Assembly (NCBI GenBank): GCA_951406725.2
Contig: OX597814.1
Coordinates: 125,612,001 to 125,676,000, forward strand
Length of the DNA: 64,000 bases
Source: Octopus vulgaris
Taxonomy: Eukaryota
Reading direction: 5' to 3'
Position numbers and translations under genes: made by a program
The notes under the pieces: generated by a model
The model's input: the letters and a program-made list of their open reading frames with translations, nothing else
What the model was told of the DNA's origin: nothing
Databases searched by the model: none
Part shown: piece after piece, positions 39,561-53,599 of the stretch
Layout: each line of letters starts with the position of its first letter
How positions within the stretch are numbered: position 1 is the first letter of the stretch

Positions 39561-40303
39561 ACAGAAATATTAGATAACTTAAGTGAAATACGTCTTCTTA
39601 TACGCTAGGTTTGAAGGAAGGAGTAGTATCCATGGTCTTTACAGGTCCTCAAAGACTGAGGTTAATGCAATCAGTGTTCCTCTTCAACTGAAAACGAGCA
39701 TCTACGGGTAAAGAAATACTCGGGGAGGAAATTCCAGAAGACAAAACATTTGCAGAAGGACTGGGCATAGTGGTTAGTGCAAGCCCTGGGGTTAGACTAA
39801 ACAAGGATCATAAGAATTATCAGTCAGTCATTCTTTTCTGGATGGTGTCTTGGCTATATTTTCGGAGTGATGCACATGTATGGGGCTGCTTTAATTAGGT
39901 ATACAAGAAATGAATATGAAATAAAGCACACAAGCTGCAGACATAAATAAGATAATATTAAAATGTGTTCAGCAACAGCAACGCCTCAGATGTCGGAGCA
40001 ATACTCCACTGACAGCTCCATTTGAGCTTTGTAGAATGTCAATAATTGTTTGAGGACGAAATAGTCCTTGTAGGTTGGAAGCAACTGGAGGCATTTTAAC
40101 ATTTCGTGTATGTGTATTCAAGATGGTGGACCGAGAAGGAAGGAAGTGGTTGATTACACGCTAAGTACTTAATTATACTTTGAGAAATGCTGAATTAAGA
40201 ATATCATTAGAGTTATTATAAGGTTAGTCATGGCCATTCGAGAGCTTGAGAATAGGAGATAATTTAAACCCCTTAAAAAACGAACAGAGATTTTGTGGGT
40301 TTT

Positions 40304-40336
<33 letters not shown>

Positions 40337-40495
40337 TGTGTGTGTGTGTGAGAGAGAGAGAGTGTGTGAGAGAGAGAGAGAGTGTGTGTGAGAGAGAGCG
40401 AGAGAGAGAGAGAGAGAGAGAGAGTCGCCATGATAGATCATTAGATCGTTAGCCACTACAACATTTTTTTTTCTCTCCTTGTTTTTTCTGTGTCC

Positions 40496-40531
40496 CTTTC
40501 TGTAGTAGAGCGTAGGCTAGAAACGTAAAAG
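40496..40531 (+). ncRNA. Degenerate minimal hammerhead ribozyme
   Basis: CTTT CTGTAGT ag-AGC-gtag-GCT-a GAAA C GTA AAAG; helix I CTTT/AAAG, helix III ACGT; core mutated. Confidence 0.5.
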
Positions 40532-40552
40532 ACGTTTTCTATTCCTGAGCGA

Positions 40553-40815
40553 TCTTTCAGGATAATAATGCGCCAATTCACATAGCTAAAGTTGTTACTG
40601 AATAGCACGAGGAACATTCTAGTGAAGTTGAACATTTTATCTGGCCACCACAGTCCCCAGATCTCAATATTATTGAACAATAATGTTACATTTTAGAAAA
40701 ACAAGTAAGGAGCTGATATACTCCACCATCATCACTACAAGAACTGGAGATTGTTTTAGCTGAAGACTGGACAAAATGTATTTTGGAAACAATTCAAACT
40801 TTTTCCACGAGTCCA
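40553..40815 (+). pseudogene. Tc1 transposase fragment (same family as 11392-12534)
   Basis: FQDNNAPIH..WPPQSPDLNIIE; aligns to reverse complement of ~11395-11650. Confidence 0.85.
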
Positions 40816-42129
40816 TACCTTGTTCCTTTCGAAGACGCAAACCTGGATACGATTTTGTTTTGAAAACCATTAGTTTTCTGCGCATGCATATCTCCTTTCT
40901 CCTTGCCACCAATGTTGTCCAAGGGTTAAGGTAAAGCCAGTCAATTTCGCTCTAGTAACATCACAGGCGTTGCCATCACAACACAATGAACCGGAAGACA
41001 AACACTGTAAGGAATGCCGCCAACTCTCCACTGTCCTGAACGGGTATTTTATATCATCGACCCCGCAAGGATGCCGGAAAAGGTTAACCTCAGAGGAATT
41101 CGAATTCACAGTGTGCAGAGAGTTAAAACAAATATTTACAGCAGAGTCTTCTCTCCGGCTATCTCAGAGCTCTGCCAATTTGACATCTTGATCTATTTGT
41201 CACACCTTCTTCATGTGCGTTTCACAGCAACATCTGGATATTCAATATATAATGTGATGACTGTAAGACATTTTTATTATGTTTATTTATTCATTATATA
41301 TATGTAGATAGGTACATAAACATACGGAGACACACACACACACACAAACACACACACACGCACACATATGAAATGCATGTTGTGTGTGTGTGTGTGCGTT
41401 TATCTCGGAAGAGATATAGATAAACATCGTGTAAAATTTCTTCAGTCTTCCCATCAGATGTATAGAAAAATAAGAGATGTAGAAGTTTTGAATGTGTGAC
41501 ATGAAAAAAAAAATGTGACAGATGTGAGTGACAGATGTAGAGAATGAGAGGAAGTGAGAAGCAAACAGATAGGGCTAGGCAGAGGGGCAGAGAGAGTGAC
41601 TAAAGAGTATTATTAGTTCACCAACTCTGGTTAGAGTTAGCCCAAAGTCAGCTATTGTCATGCAGACATATGAACAAAGAGACGTTCTTGCTGTTGTCAT
41701 CCTGTAAGTTTGATACATATGTGAATGGTTAAATATGTCCTTTTGCTCCTAGTTTGGCTGATATTTCTAGCATGTCCATCGACCATGAAGATGTTCTCTC
41801 GCTGTCTCATCAACTCTGTTTTTGTCAAGTCAGATACTAAGAAATTGTCTTGATGTATTCTGGCCTATCTGGAACATGTTTGGGTTGGGTATGTTTGTGT
41901 GAGTGCTAGTGTATCTATGCATGTTGAAGTGTGTCCATGCATGTTCCTGTATATTTCTGCGGGTCTGTTAAACTGTTTTTGTATATATCTGCTTGGGTGT
42001 ATTCTTGTCTATGTATGCGTCGACCAGTGAATATGTATCCGCCATTGCGTGTCCGTGTCTAAGTCTCTATGTGAGACCCCCGACAATACGTCACAGGGTA
42101 TGTATCTGTTTGACTGATTGTATATATAT

Positions 42130-42362
42130 CTATTTCTTTACTACCCACAAGGGGCTAAACATAGAGGGGACAAACAAGGACAGACAAACGAATTAAGTCG
42201 ATTACATCGACCCCAGTGTGTAACTGGTACTTAATTTATCGACCCCGAAAGGATGAACGGCAAAGTCGACCTCGGCGGAATTTGAACTCAGAACGTAACG
42301 GCAGACGAAATACGACTACCTATTTCGCCCGGCGTGCTAACGTTTCTGCCAGCTCGCCGCCT
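42130..42362 (-). mobile_element. SINE family B
   Basis: Full-length copy. Confidence 0.9.
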
Positions 42363-42589
42363 TTATTTTTATAGATTGTATATATATCTGTTTGGATGTA
42401 TTCTTGTCTATGTGTGTGTCGACAAGTAAATATGTATCTGCCTTTACGTATCTTATCTAGATTTATGCGTGTTCGTATGCCCGTGAGTGCTTTTTCACAT
42501 ATGCGTGCTTTTGCGTCTGAAGAAATACGTACCCCCCCCCCCCATACACACATGCCTGTACGCTAAACTCTACACTTATCGATTATTCT

Positions 42590-43760
42590 TCTCCCCCTCT
42601 CATCCTACAAACTGTTGTCATATTGCATTCATTTCTAATATCTTAAAGATATTGCAAACAGCCATTACCAACGAAATTTCCATCGTCTGTAATCTCTCTT
42701 TAATGATCACCAGCAGATCTAGCTTTTGCAAAACTGAATCTACCGAAAGCCTACTCTGTCATATCATTCACCAGTTGACTCTCGTCTTTGGAGGAAGTGG
42801 TAGTTTTATATTTGACTCAACAAAGAGCTTTCTACTGGGTCTAGCACGCGAATCTTTTGTCAAAACTTCACTTCCGTGGACTTCATCCGTCCTTTATCTC
42901 TTGTACTCGCTAAGTTCATGATAGGTTGCACAATCGTGACCTAAGCTGATGGAGTTCTTTTTGACCCGTACTCTATCAACTCTTGTATTCCTCAAGGCTA
43001 GGGGTTCTATATCCACACTCTCCCTTCTATGCATCAATGACTTTGCTTTAACCCCCGAAAACACCTACCCACATGTAGATAAAACAAAATCCTTAATTTT
43101 TCTTTAACCTTTCATCCAAACGCGCCCTAGACACCTTAAACCACCAAGTATGCACTGGTTCCATGAACAAAGTCCTTTTGTGCCTTCAACAATAGAAAAC
43201 ACACAGTTCATATAAAAAAAAATATCATTGTACCTCACAACTCAAACATTGAAAGTATTCAGAGCCCCCACAATGGCTCCTAATGTTTATTCTTAACATT
43301 CTTAATATAAGTAAGACTGAACTTTCTCTTCAGAGTCAGAAAATACTTTAGCCGTCAACAATTACTGAAAATCTACAAAGATCTGAATTTTTCTCCGTTT
43401 TGCTTTGACTAGGTTCATGCTACCTTCATTTATGCACTCTCAATTCAGTCCTCTCTCTCTCTCTTTGCTCCCCCTCTCTCTCTCTTTGCTCCCCTCTCTC
43501 TCTCTCTCTCCTCATTACCTTTGCTGTGTTCAGCAATCAGACGCTATAAAAACTACTATACCAGTTCTTCGATATGGACCTCTGGAATTCCCACTCAACA
43601 CGTGTCACCCCAATATTTCAAGCGGTGTTTCAATATCATCCTCATCAAGAATTGGTCAATAAATAAATACCTACTAAGTGCAAAACATTTAAGATTGCTC
43701 CAAACATTAAAAGATTTCAAGCCCTGATAACGTCCATTCCATTACTCTCAAAGCTAGTCC
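42590..43760 (+). pseudogene. Heavily decayed LINE RT (Jockey/CR1-group)
   Basis: PTNCCHIAFISNILKILQT resembles PSNYRPIAL.S.ISK..ET; IPQG..SI..TL.LLCIND. Confidence 0.55.
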
Positions 43761-46700
43761 ATATGCTCGCCAAACTTTCAATCTTCTACAAGAATTTATC
43801 TCTATAAGGGTCTGTCATGATTTTTGGAAACATTTCACAGTGTATACCCCCTCAAAGAAAGAAACCTGCAATCACTGCGTCCCAAAGACTACATCTTGCC
43901 TTGTGACAGAAAATATTTCTACCCCAACAATTGCCGGCTCTCTACATAGAAAGTTCAAATTATAGCTACAATAAAGTACAGCTTCTACACCTCGGATGGT
44001 TCCGCTGCTCTAAACATCATACACTGCATCCTAAAAAGAAGGCATCCAACTAATTATCAAAGACTCACTCACTAACATATTTCAACACCGATGCGCTGTG
44101 TGCTCTCACCCGGCTTCTTTTATAATTACCATAACAGCTTTGAGAAGATGCATAGTCTAGGAGTTAGGGTGCTGCACTCACGGTTCTAAGATTACAGTTT
44201 CCGTTTTAGGACAAGATACCGCTTTGTGTTCTTGAGCAAAACACTTCACCTCATATTGCTCCAGTCTACTCAGCTTAGGAGGTAACCCTGCGACAGACCG
44301 GCGCCCCGTTCATTGAGTGTGTGGGTGATGGAGGTTGGGTAATCTCAGTCACTTATACATCAAGGAACCTGGGTCAGGTTCCAGCCCTGTGAGTTCTATG
44401 CTTATGGCAGATCTAATTCTAAAAGTGATTGCAGCTTATAACAACCTGTTCACTTAGCTAACTGGCTGCATGCCACCACTTCTTTGCCTCTGACACACGT
44501 TTCTACTCCAATCCGTGATAATGTCTCAGCTTCCAAGATCAACAGCATCTATTTCATCTAATCATTCAATTCCAGTTCAGTTTTATCCCGAAGAAATAAA
44601 CTTAGAGCTGATTGGTCAGACCAGTTTGAGATGACATGCGAATGTTATAAGCACTGACGCTGTCCCTTATCTAAAATATTAAAACTTCATCCTATTATAT
44701 TACTGGCAATTGTTCTATCAACTTCAGAGAGATGAAAAGTAGTCAGCAACGACAGGATTTGAACACAGGCTTATAAAGTGGCAGGTAATAACTTTCAAAG
44801 CAAAGCTTTTCTATTTACCCAACTCAATCGTCTTTACCCGTCTCTTCTGAATCACTTGGTTAACCTTTAAGAGCTGGTGTGGATTTGAGCATGAAACCAA
44901 TATAATTTCCAAGCGGATTATCAAAGTAGATATTGCTGGATGTCACATGACAGATAAATGTGAGAAATTGGTATATAAGAACAGATTAGGATGGAGTTAG
45001 GATTGAAATGATGTGTCACTATAATAACATGTAGGCAGATCTCTTGTCATATTAGTGGCATTTGTAAGAAGCTGCTCGTTGACTTACGCAACTAAGTAAA
45101 TGTTGCGTTGATCGTCCGTGCTTAAATTAATACCACGTGAGAAAGAAAACATCGTTTAACTAGAATGGTTTCAGTGGATAATACACAACTGTGAACAATG
45201 CCAATAGTGATTCTTGACATAAATGTGATTAAATATATTTGACCAATAATGACCTAATGTACATCGCGATGCCATTTACACCAAACTGCAAATACTTCTT
45301 CATTTTACCCAAGTATTGACAATGATTGAGAGATCTTTTATCATTGATTCTAGACATTTTCCCAAGTGAATTAGCAATGATAAATATAATTCATAGACGA
45401 TTAAACAACTAGAAATAACAATAGCCATTAGAACTAAGTTTTAAAGTGAACATTTTATCAGAAATTGTTTCTGGGCTTGAGAGAACATTAATCGAATTTT
45501 AGTATTTAACTCTCTTGTTTCGGCGATTCCTCTTCAGCCATGCTGGATCACTGTGAAGATGTTTCTAGTTTTTGAAAAACATAATTTCTTTAACTAGCTA
45601 CAACATCAATAATTTACAGGAGCAGAGTTGATTGGATCAACGCTAACACTTTACTCTAAAAGAGAAAAGATGACCGTCGACCCTAAAAACTTGAGAATCA
45701 AACCGAGAGGCTTGAAACGAAATACTTAAATGCATTTAGTCCGGCTACCTTTTGCGGTCATATTTTTAAAGCTAGATTGGATGGAAAACTGCCGTAACGA
45801 AGTCTATGCTTTGCTGAGATAGTCTGACACCACAAAGTATCAGCAGTTATTTCCCGTGCTGGCCAAAAGGATTAAAATAATATTAGCCAACGAGCAAATA
45901 TTTTTAATTAGATGTTTTATGCCCACAACATTAAATGCGTTAACATTAACTTACTACTTTCATGCGAATGGCGTCAATAAGTAATTAACCTCGATTATTT
46001 ATTATCTATTTTTAAATATGTCATTAATATTTCTTGGAGAACCATGATCACTATCCTTTAAATCCTGAAAACTGTATTCATCCAAGAAGAAATTCCTGAT
46101 AGATAAAAATACACATAAACAGAAATATATAAGATTTTTTTTGAATTTATGTTTGAAATTCTATGAAATGTGACAGAGAGTTAGGAATGGTTTACACGCT
46201 GACATTTCACATATTATATAAATTTAAGCAACAGAAAACTCTACAAAGGAACTAGGGTAAAAACTGTTTAATAGAAATATGATATTCTTCGGATGTTCTT
46301 CCTCGTTTTCAGTGAATTAAGTATTGAAAATGACAGCAATACAAAATGCAATCAGCAAGTTAATAGCTGATCTCAATCAAATATGTCTGACAAGAGACAT
46401 AGCAACAGTGACAAAGTAAATTTTCTTTTACCAAACCGGCTGATTAAAGATCAGATACATCACGTTAGGATACATCAATAGTTAGAGAGTTCAAACACAT
46501 TAACAGAACACTTCTTGTTCCAAGATAACCATAAGGTCTTCATCAGATAAGCTACCTTGCTTTTGAACTTTACGGCTTTATAAACATAGTTCTGTTTACA
46601 TTTCTTTCTCTACCCGGTTGGTATAAAGATACGAAGACAATATCAATCCGTTATAGACACTATTTCCACGAAACTGTAAACTTTGTTCAAAATGAAAGAG

Positions 46701-47376
46701 TAAAAGATTTCTTAATTACGTATGAAACCATAAGAAACATATAAGAGTAATCTGCTTCGGCAAAGTATAGCTCTACTTAAAAGCTCCATAATAACTTAAG
46801 AAAACAGAAAGTAATAAACTACAAATCTGTCTAAATGCTGTAGGATATTTTATAAAGATGTAAACAGTCTGCATATGACAGGATAAATTTTATTGGATTC
46901 TTCCTTGACCATTTCTTTAAACATATCTATTAACGCTAACAAAATGGATGTGGTTACAATTGTGATTATTCAAAAATCGATAACAAAATTTCACGAAAAA
47001 TGTTCAAGTAAACATTACAAAACTCGTGTGCCTTTGTTACCACCGCTGCAGTTGTTATTGTTGTTGTTGCCGTCGTTGCTGCTGTTTCCGACTAAACAAA
47101 GAGAAAAACACCGGAGAATAAGACAATTTATCATTGCTGAATATCGATGTGGTGGGTAGTAATGAGGCAAACTTCTATACTACAGAACAGAGACATTGTC
47201 ACATTACAGACGTAGTTAGTAGTATGACGTAGATCAGCATTGATGGAGCAGACTTATGCAATAGAATCGTTCCAACCGTGACAATGTCATAGAAATAATG
47301 TAGGACTACATTATTCAGTGTGTCGTTTACTTATCAAAGACGGCAAGATGTGATTTTATAGAAATATGGGTGGTAT

Positions 47377-47800
47377 AGGCGCAGGAGTGGCTGTATGGTA
47401 AGTAGCTTGCTTACCAATCACATGGTTCCGGGTTCAGTCCCACTGCGTGGCAACTTGGGCAAGTGTCTTCTACTATAGCCTCTAGCCGAGCAAAGCCTTG
47501 TGAGTGGATTTGGTAGACGGAAACTGAAAGAAGCCCGTCGTATATCTGTATAGGTATAGATATATATAAATATGTATGTGTGTGTGTGTGTATGTTTGTG
47601 TGTCTGTGTTTGTACCCCCAACATCGCTTGACAACCGATGCTGGTGTATTTACGTCCCCGTAACTTAGCGGTTCGGCAAAAGATACCGATAGAATAAGTA
47701 CTAGGCTTACAAAGAATAAGTCCTGGGGTCGATTTGCTCGACTAAAAGGCCACAATCAAATGACTGAAACAAGTAAAAGAGTAAAAGAGTAAAAGAGTTA
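47377..47800 (+). mobile_element. SINE family A
   Basis: Full head; small deletion in tail. Confidence 0.92.
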
Positions 47801-48207
47801 TTTCTAACCGGTTGAGCGACCACATACGGCTTCTGTCGTTAGCTTGAGACGTAATTAAAGGGTAATGCGTTGAGTGCCGCACGAAGATATTCCTAATTTA
47901 AATGTTCCATGTAGTTGATGAACAGAAACAAAAGGCTAACAGCCACTATTAGCAACTCTCAAAGAAAAGGGAAGATAATTCCTTGAAATTAAAACTTATT
48001 CCATCAAAGTTGATTTATATGCTTTTGAGGAAGTTTCATCTTTGCAGGTTAAAGAGAACGATGGACATGTTTTTGTCTATTAAACCTTATCAGGAAAGTA
48101 TATCCAATCAGCTGAAGTATACCTAATCAGATGGCAAGAATTTTTACATACAGGAAAAGAGTCAAGAATAATTTTTAGATATTATGACTTACATAATTTT
48201 ATATATA

Positions 48208-49138
48208 TTGGGTCATCCCATAAATAATACGGTTTCTAAATACTTCTTTTATGTTTCAAAATTAAGATAAATAATGTTCTTTTTAAATCTAAAATATACT
48301 CGCATTCATTATCTACAATGCTCTTCCATCTATCTGGTAGACTTGCAAGGCCCCTCTTCCAAAATTCACTTATTCGTGACGAAAAATACTCCTCCACTAA
48401 TGTTCTGACCGCGTCTACGGAATTCATACTTTTTCCGTCCACATGATTTTGAAGACTGGAATAAATGATAAGCCGATGAGGCAATGTCCGGCGAATATTG
48501 TGGATGGAGGATCGTTTCCCATTCAAACTGCTCTGGCTTTTGGAATGTCATCCACGCTGCTGTATGTGGCTGAGCATTATCCCGATAGAACACCTTTCGT
48601 CTTGAAACCAAAGATGGTCGTTTTTCTTCTAGCGCTGACTTGAATGACTGGTTGAATGAGCAAATTCAAGCTTCTCTGCTAGTTCCTCAACAGTAATGAT
48701 GGGATTTCGTTCCACCAGGGTTTGCAGGACGTCTTCGTCGAGCTCTACAGATCTTTCGGGATGAGGCTCGTCTTCTAGGTTGTAGTTTCCAGCTCAGAAT
48801 TTCTGAAATCACAGTTGAGACTGGCTTACGCTCATCCTCCGATCCCCATATACTGCATTAATATTTTTACACTTTCCGTTGTCTTTATTGAACTCATAAA
48901 ACAAAATATGCCGAATATGCTCCTTTGTCACTTCCATTATAGCTTTGGTACTTCCATTATAACTTTGAAAAAATAATTGTTGAAGTCGAACTGCACTCTT
49001 CAAAACTTGCACTAAGAATAAGGAAAAGATAAAATTACTACATGCTTTTATAGCAAGTTGATGCAGGTAGTTTATTCCACCCCGCTCCGACTTTTTAGCA
49101 ATTGAAAATAAAACCGCATCATTTATGGGGTGACTCAA
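48208..49138 (-). mobile_element. Internally deleted mariner transposon
   Basis: TIRs TTGGGTCATCCCATAAAT / ATTTATGGGGTGACTCAA with TA on both sides; MEVTKEHIRHILFYEF, RDNAQPH, YSPDIA; 931 bp. Confidence 0.92.
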
Positions 49139-49151
49139 TATAATTCGCCAT

Positions 49152-49364
49152 TCTCTTTACTCTCTTTTACTTGTTTCAGTCATTTTGACTGTGGTCATGC
49201 TGGAGCACCGCATTTAGTCGAGCAAATCGACCCCGGGACTTATTCTTTGTAAGCCTAGTACTTATTCTATCATTGTCTTTTGCCGAACCGCTAAGTTACG
49301 GGGACGTAAACACACCAGCATCGGTTGTCAAACGATGTTGGGGGGGACAAACACAGACACACAA

Positions 49365-49407
<43 letters not shown>

Positions 49408-49577
49408 CATACATATATACGACGGGCTTCTTTCAGTTTCCGTCTACCAAATCCACTCACAAGGCTTTGGTCGGCCGAGGCTATAGTAGAAGACACTTGC
49501 CCAAGGTGCCACGTAGTGGGACTGATCCCAGAGCTATGTGTTTGGTAAGCATGCTACTTACCACACAGCCACTCCTA
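49152..49577 (-). mobile_element. SINE family A
   Basis: Head and tail motifs. Confidence 0.9.
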
Positions 49578-50471
49578 CGGAGAAATAATTTTAATTAGTC
49601 AATGGCATGACTTAATGTATGCAAGAAAGTTTGTTGTTTGAGAAGAAATGTGTTTCCGTTTTTCCTTCCTGTCTTCTAGTATAATTTTCATATCTCGGGG
49701 GCTTTCAGGGATATTAGACCGAACCCTATTTGCCAGGTATTTTATATTATGGATCCTGAAAGATGAAAAACAAAGGCGACCTCGGCGGTAATTGAACTCA
49801 GAACCGAATGAGTTGTAAAGAAATACTACAGGCAATGTTTTAGCTTCAATACTGATAAAATATTTGGTAACATTTAACCTTAGTCTCATACTCAATTGTT
49901 TATCCCATTAACGTAGCTGTTATTTCTAATACATCAAACAAGAAGACAGCAGATACATTCCTTCAGATAACACTATCGTAATGATTCTCAATCTTTTTGA
50001 CTTCGAAATGCACCGGAGATAAAAGTAACAAAAAAAAAAAAAAAAGTACTAGTGTACGTCACATCGGAAGCTTTTTTTTTTTTTCTTTTTCTTTTTTCAG
50101 TTAATTTAGAAAAATATTTTTTTTAAAAGTAGCATTTATCTCGTTTTCTGAAACATACTTGTAGTTAACACAATTATAAACAACATTTTTCAAGACACTT
50201 CTAGCATTAATATAGGTTTCTCGAACATTTTCAATTGTGTTTTTTTTTTTAAATTCGTAGCACGCCTCCGTTTCCGATGTTGCTTAATGATGCGCCGATG
50301 AGCGCGGTTTGAGAACACTTGCTATACGCTCTTAAAAAAAGGGGGATACGAATTGAACAATGTTGTTTTAAATAAACAAAAAAAAAAAAAAAATAGATGT
50401 GACAGTCACTGTTGTAACACATTTGATTATGCAACTGTTCAGTCAGGGGTGGCCTGGAACAACAACTCTAG

Positions 50472-50665
50472 TGGAAGCGCAATGGGTCAGTGGTTAGGGC
50501 AGTGGACTCGCAGTCGTAAGAACGCGGTTTCTATTCTCAGACTGGGCATTGTGCGTGTTTATTTAGCAAAAACACCTAAGCTCCACGAAGCTCCGGCGGG
50601 TGGGGTCGGGGTGAACCCATCTGTACTCTTTCACCATAACTTTCTCTCGCTCTTTCTTCCTACTT
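50472..50665 (+). mobile_element. SINE family C head
   Basis: Matches the heads at 33659 and 55021. Confidence 0.8.
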
Positions 50666-52242
50666 CTGCCACAAAGCAGAGAAACCATGGTGTAACCCAC
50701 TATGGTGTGATAAACTTTCAGACCCTAGTCTAGATTGCGAATCCTCTGTACCCCAGGATGGTTCAGCTTTCCACCCGTTAAAAGCCACCATTTACGGAAT
50801 GAGGATAACAACGTAGCTTCCGCGCCCGTGCAACCGCCAATTTATCGCATGTGGTGGGTGGATCTTCAAGTTGCCGCACGCATTCTTAGTAGCTTAGAGT
50901 AGGCTCGAATTAGAGATTATTCTTTGTGGCTAATGGCGTGAATTCTGATTGGAAGAAGAAGAACAACAACAACTCTATACTTATTTTATTACTTGGTATT
51001 ACTTTTATATTTAAAAAAAAACGGGGTCTGTGAATTGGTAGAACTGTTAAAACGCCGGGCAAAATATCTTGCATTTAGTTGTAGCCCTTTACTTTCTGTA
51101 TTCAAATCCTAACGAAGTAACTTTGCTTTGGATCCTTCCAACGTTGATAAAATAAAATGCTAAACAATACTGGGTTGATTTAATCATCCACTAAATTTGT
51201 GGTCTTATTCTTATATTAGATTAATTCATAGATTTATGAAAAATTATTGCTACAAGAAAAGAAGGATGACTATGAGATTAAGAGAAAAGATTCACTTGTC
51301 AAATGGAGAAAGTCAAGAAAACAAAGAGAGGAAAGATGTAAGGGTGAATGAAGCAAACTCACGAAGCCCAATGAAAAACATTACCTCTAGACACAAATTC
51401 GTATACAACACTCAGGAATAGCATTAGCCTTGACAAATATAAAACATACATACACACATAAACATCTGTAAGATCAATCAAGCGTTATGCTGGTTTTCAT
51501 AGCTACTAATATAATAATTGCTGAAGAGTATCAATTTCCAATTGTTTCGACCTCGTCCGCTTCGACTGTGACCACCAGTACGATCTACAGGCCGGCTGAA
51601 ATAGACTGGACAGTGGAGAGAGTGTAACATAACATGACTGTTACACTATACTCCATATTAATCATCGGTGAAAGGAAATAAAATGAAATATCAGGAAGGA
51701 AAAAATAACTCATATAAAGTAAAATAGACATTACGATTTTTGCTGGGAAAATAAGTCAATGGAAAAAGAACACACTTCATTTAAATACCATAAATAATAC
51801 GTAAAAGAATTAAGCAATTAATATTTGTACACTACGACAACTCAGTTTAAATAATGTCATTTCTGTTTTTGAGTTCTAGGACTGATAAGGCCAGTTACCC
51901 GGTTTCCATGGCGTATATGTAACCGAAATCACATCATTCTTCCTGAACGGGTGCCGCTCCGTTGCAGGGTTCAGGACAAGCAATTTTAGGTGAGTGGGGC
52001 AAGTGGATTACATCAACCCCAGTACTTAACTGATACTTTAATTTAAGCTCTCCGACCCCAAAGGTAAAGTTGACATCGCAGAGATTTGAACTCAGAACTT
52101 GAAGAGCTGAGAGAAATGCCGCTAAGAATTTTGTCCGTTTTGCTAACGATTCCGCCAGTTCTCCACCTTAGACGTAAATAAATACGTTTCATTCAGTACC
52201 TTAAACAATGAAGCAGAAAAGTATTAAAGGAGTTACTTACTT

Positions 52243-52314
<72 letters not shown>

Positions 52315-52344
52315 TCTCTCTCTTTCTCTCGCTCTCTCTCTCTC

Positions 52345-52765
52345 TCTTACTCTCTCTTTTACTCTCTTAATTGTTTCAGTCATTTGAAATGGCCATGCTG
52401 GAGCACCGCTAAGTTACGGGGACGTAAACACACCAGCATCAGCTGTCAAGCGATGTTGGGGGGACAAACACAGACACACAAACATACACACACACACACA
52501 AACACACATATACATACATACATACATACATACATACATACATACATACATACATACATACATACATACATACATACATACATGCATACATACATACATA
52601 TATATACGACGGGCTTCTTTCAGTTTCCGTCTACCAAATCCACTCACAAAGCTTTGGTCGGCCCGAGGCTATAGTGGAAGATGCTTGCCCAAGGCGCCAC
52701 ACAGTGGGACTGAACCCGGAACCATGTGGCTGGTAAGCAAGCTACTTACCTGACAGCCATTCCTG
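52345..52765 (-). mobile_element. SINE family A with internal deletion
   Basis: GCACCGC joined directly to TAAGTTAC (ACCGC microhomology). Confidence 0.85.
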
Positions 52766-53599
52766 AAGTTTTTCTGTAACTTTTTCTTGTGAATTTTTTT
52801 TTCTGGATTCGATTCATCACTATATGTTCGGAGTATACATCTTGGTCGTTCCTTCAGCAGAAAAAAAACCCACCTAGATCTATACGTCACATCTGGTTAT
52901 TTGACCAATTACTAGTCTGTTATAAGTTTGGTCAATCAGAGTCACTCAATAAAAGTAACCCATATTCAAACGAAAGCATGCATATGCAGTTAAGTGTGAC
53001 TCTGTGAACATTGTCTCGGAAAGTGGAAGAGAAATATGAAACATCTTGAACACTTTCATCTTTCAAAATATCCATTGTAATCAAGATTGAGTAATATATG
53101 ATGATGTATAAACTGCAGTCTGCGTCAACGGGGCATTTCAGCGAAAATGTAACAGGAGAAAAAGAAGTAAACGAGCAAGAATGTATTCTATATATTTCTT
53201 AAAGTTATACACTGTAGGAAGAAATGGAGAATGTGTTTGCCATCTCAAGCAGTGGTCCTTTGACAGGAAAAGTGAGAGGAACAGAGGAAAAAAATGAGGA
53301 AGGAACAAAATGTATGTAATTTCATGTCTCGTATAGAGAAAATGTAGATGGAAGAGAAAGAGGTATATTAAGCAATAGTGTGTTACTAGAGAGATGAGTG
53401 AAATGTAAATAATCAGAAATATTGTGCGATGTATGAAGGTTAGAGATAGCTACATATATGTGTACGGAACCTGTGCATATTATATAGTTCCATGATTTCT
53501 CTTTGAGTAATATGTATAGTAATACTTTCTGTATGGGTATGTGAACGTATGTTGTTAGAAGGCAAGTCAGTTGCTCAAATCGAGTGGTTGTGTTGTGCC

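Noticed and set aside
45505-45548. Minus-strand CTGAAGA-GG..CC-GAAAC motif
   Set aside because: No helix I; better explained as a diverged family A SINE/LINE tail (CCAGCATGGC...GAAACAAG).
46515-46552. Minus-strand CTGATGAAGACC
   Set aside because: No GAAA or cleavage triplet at suitable spacing.
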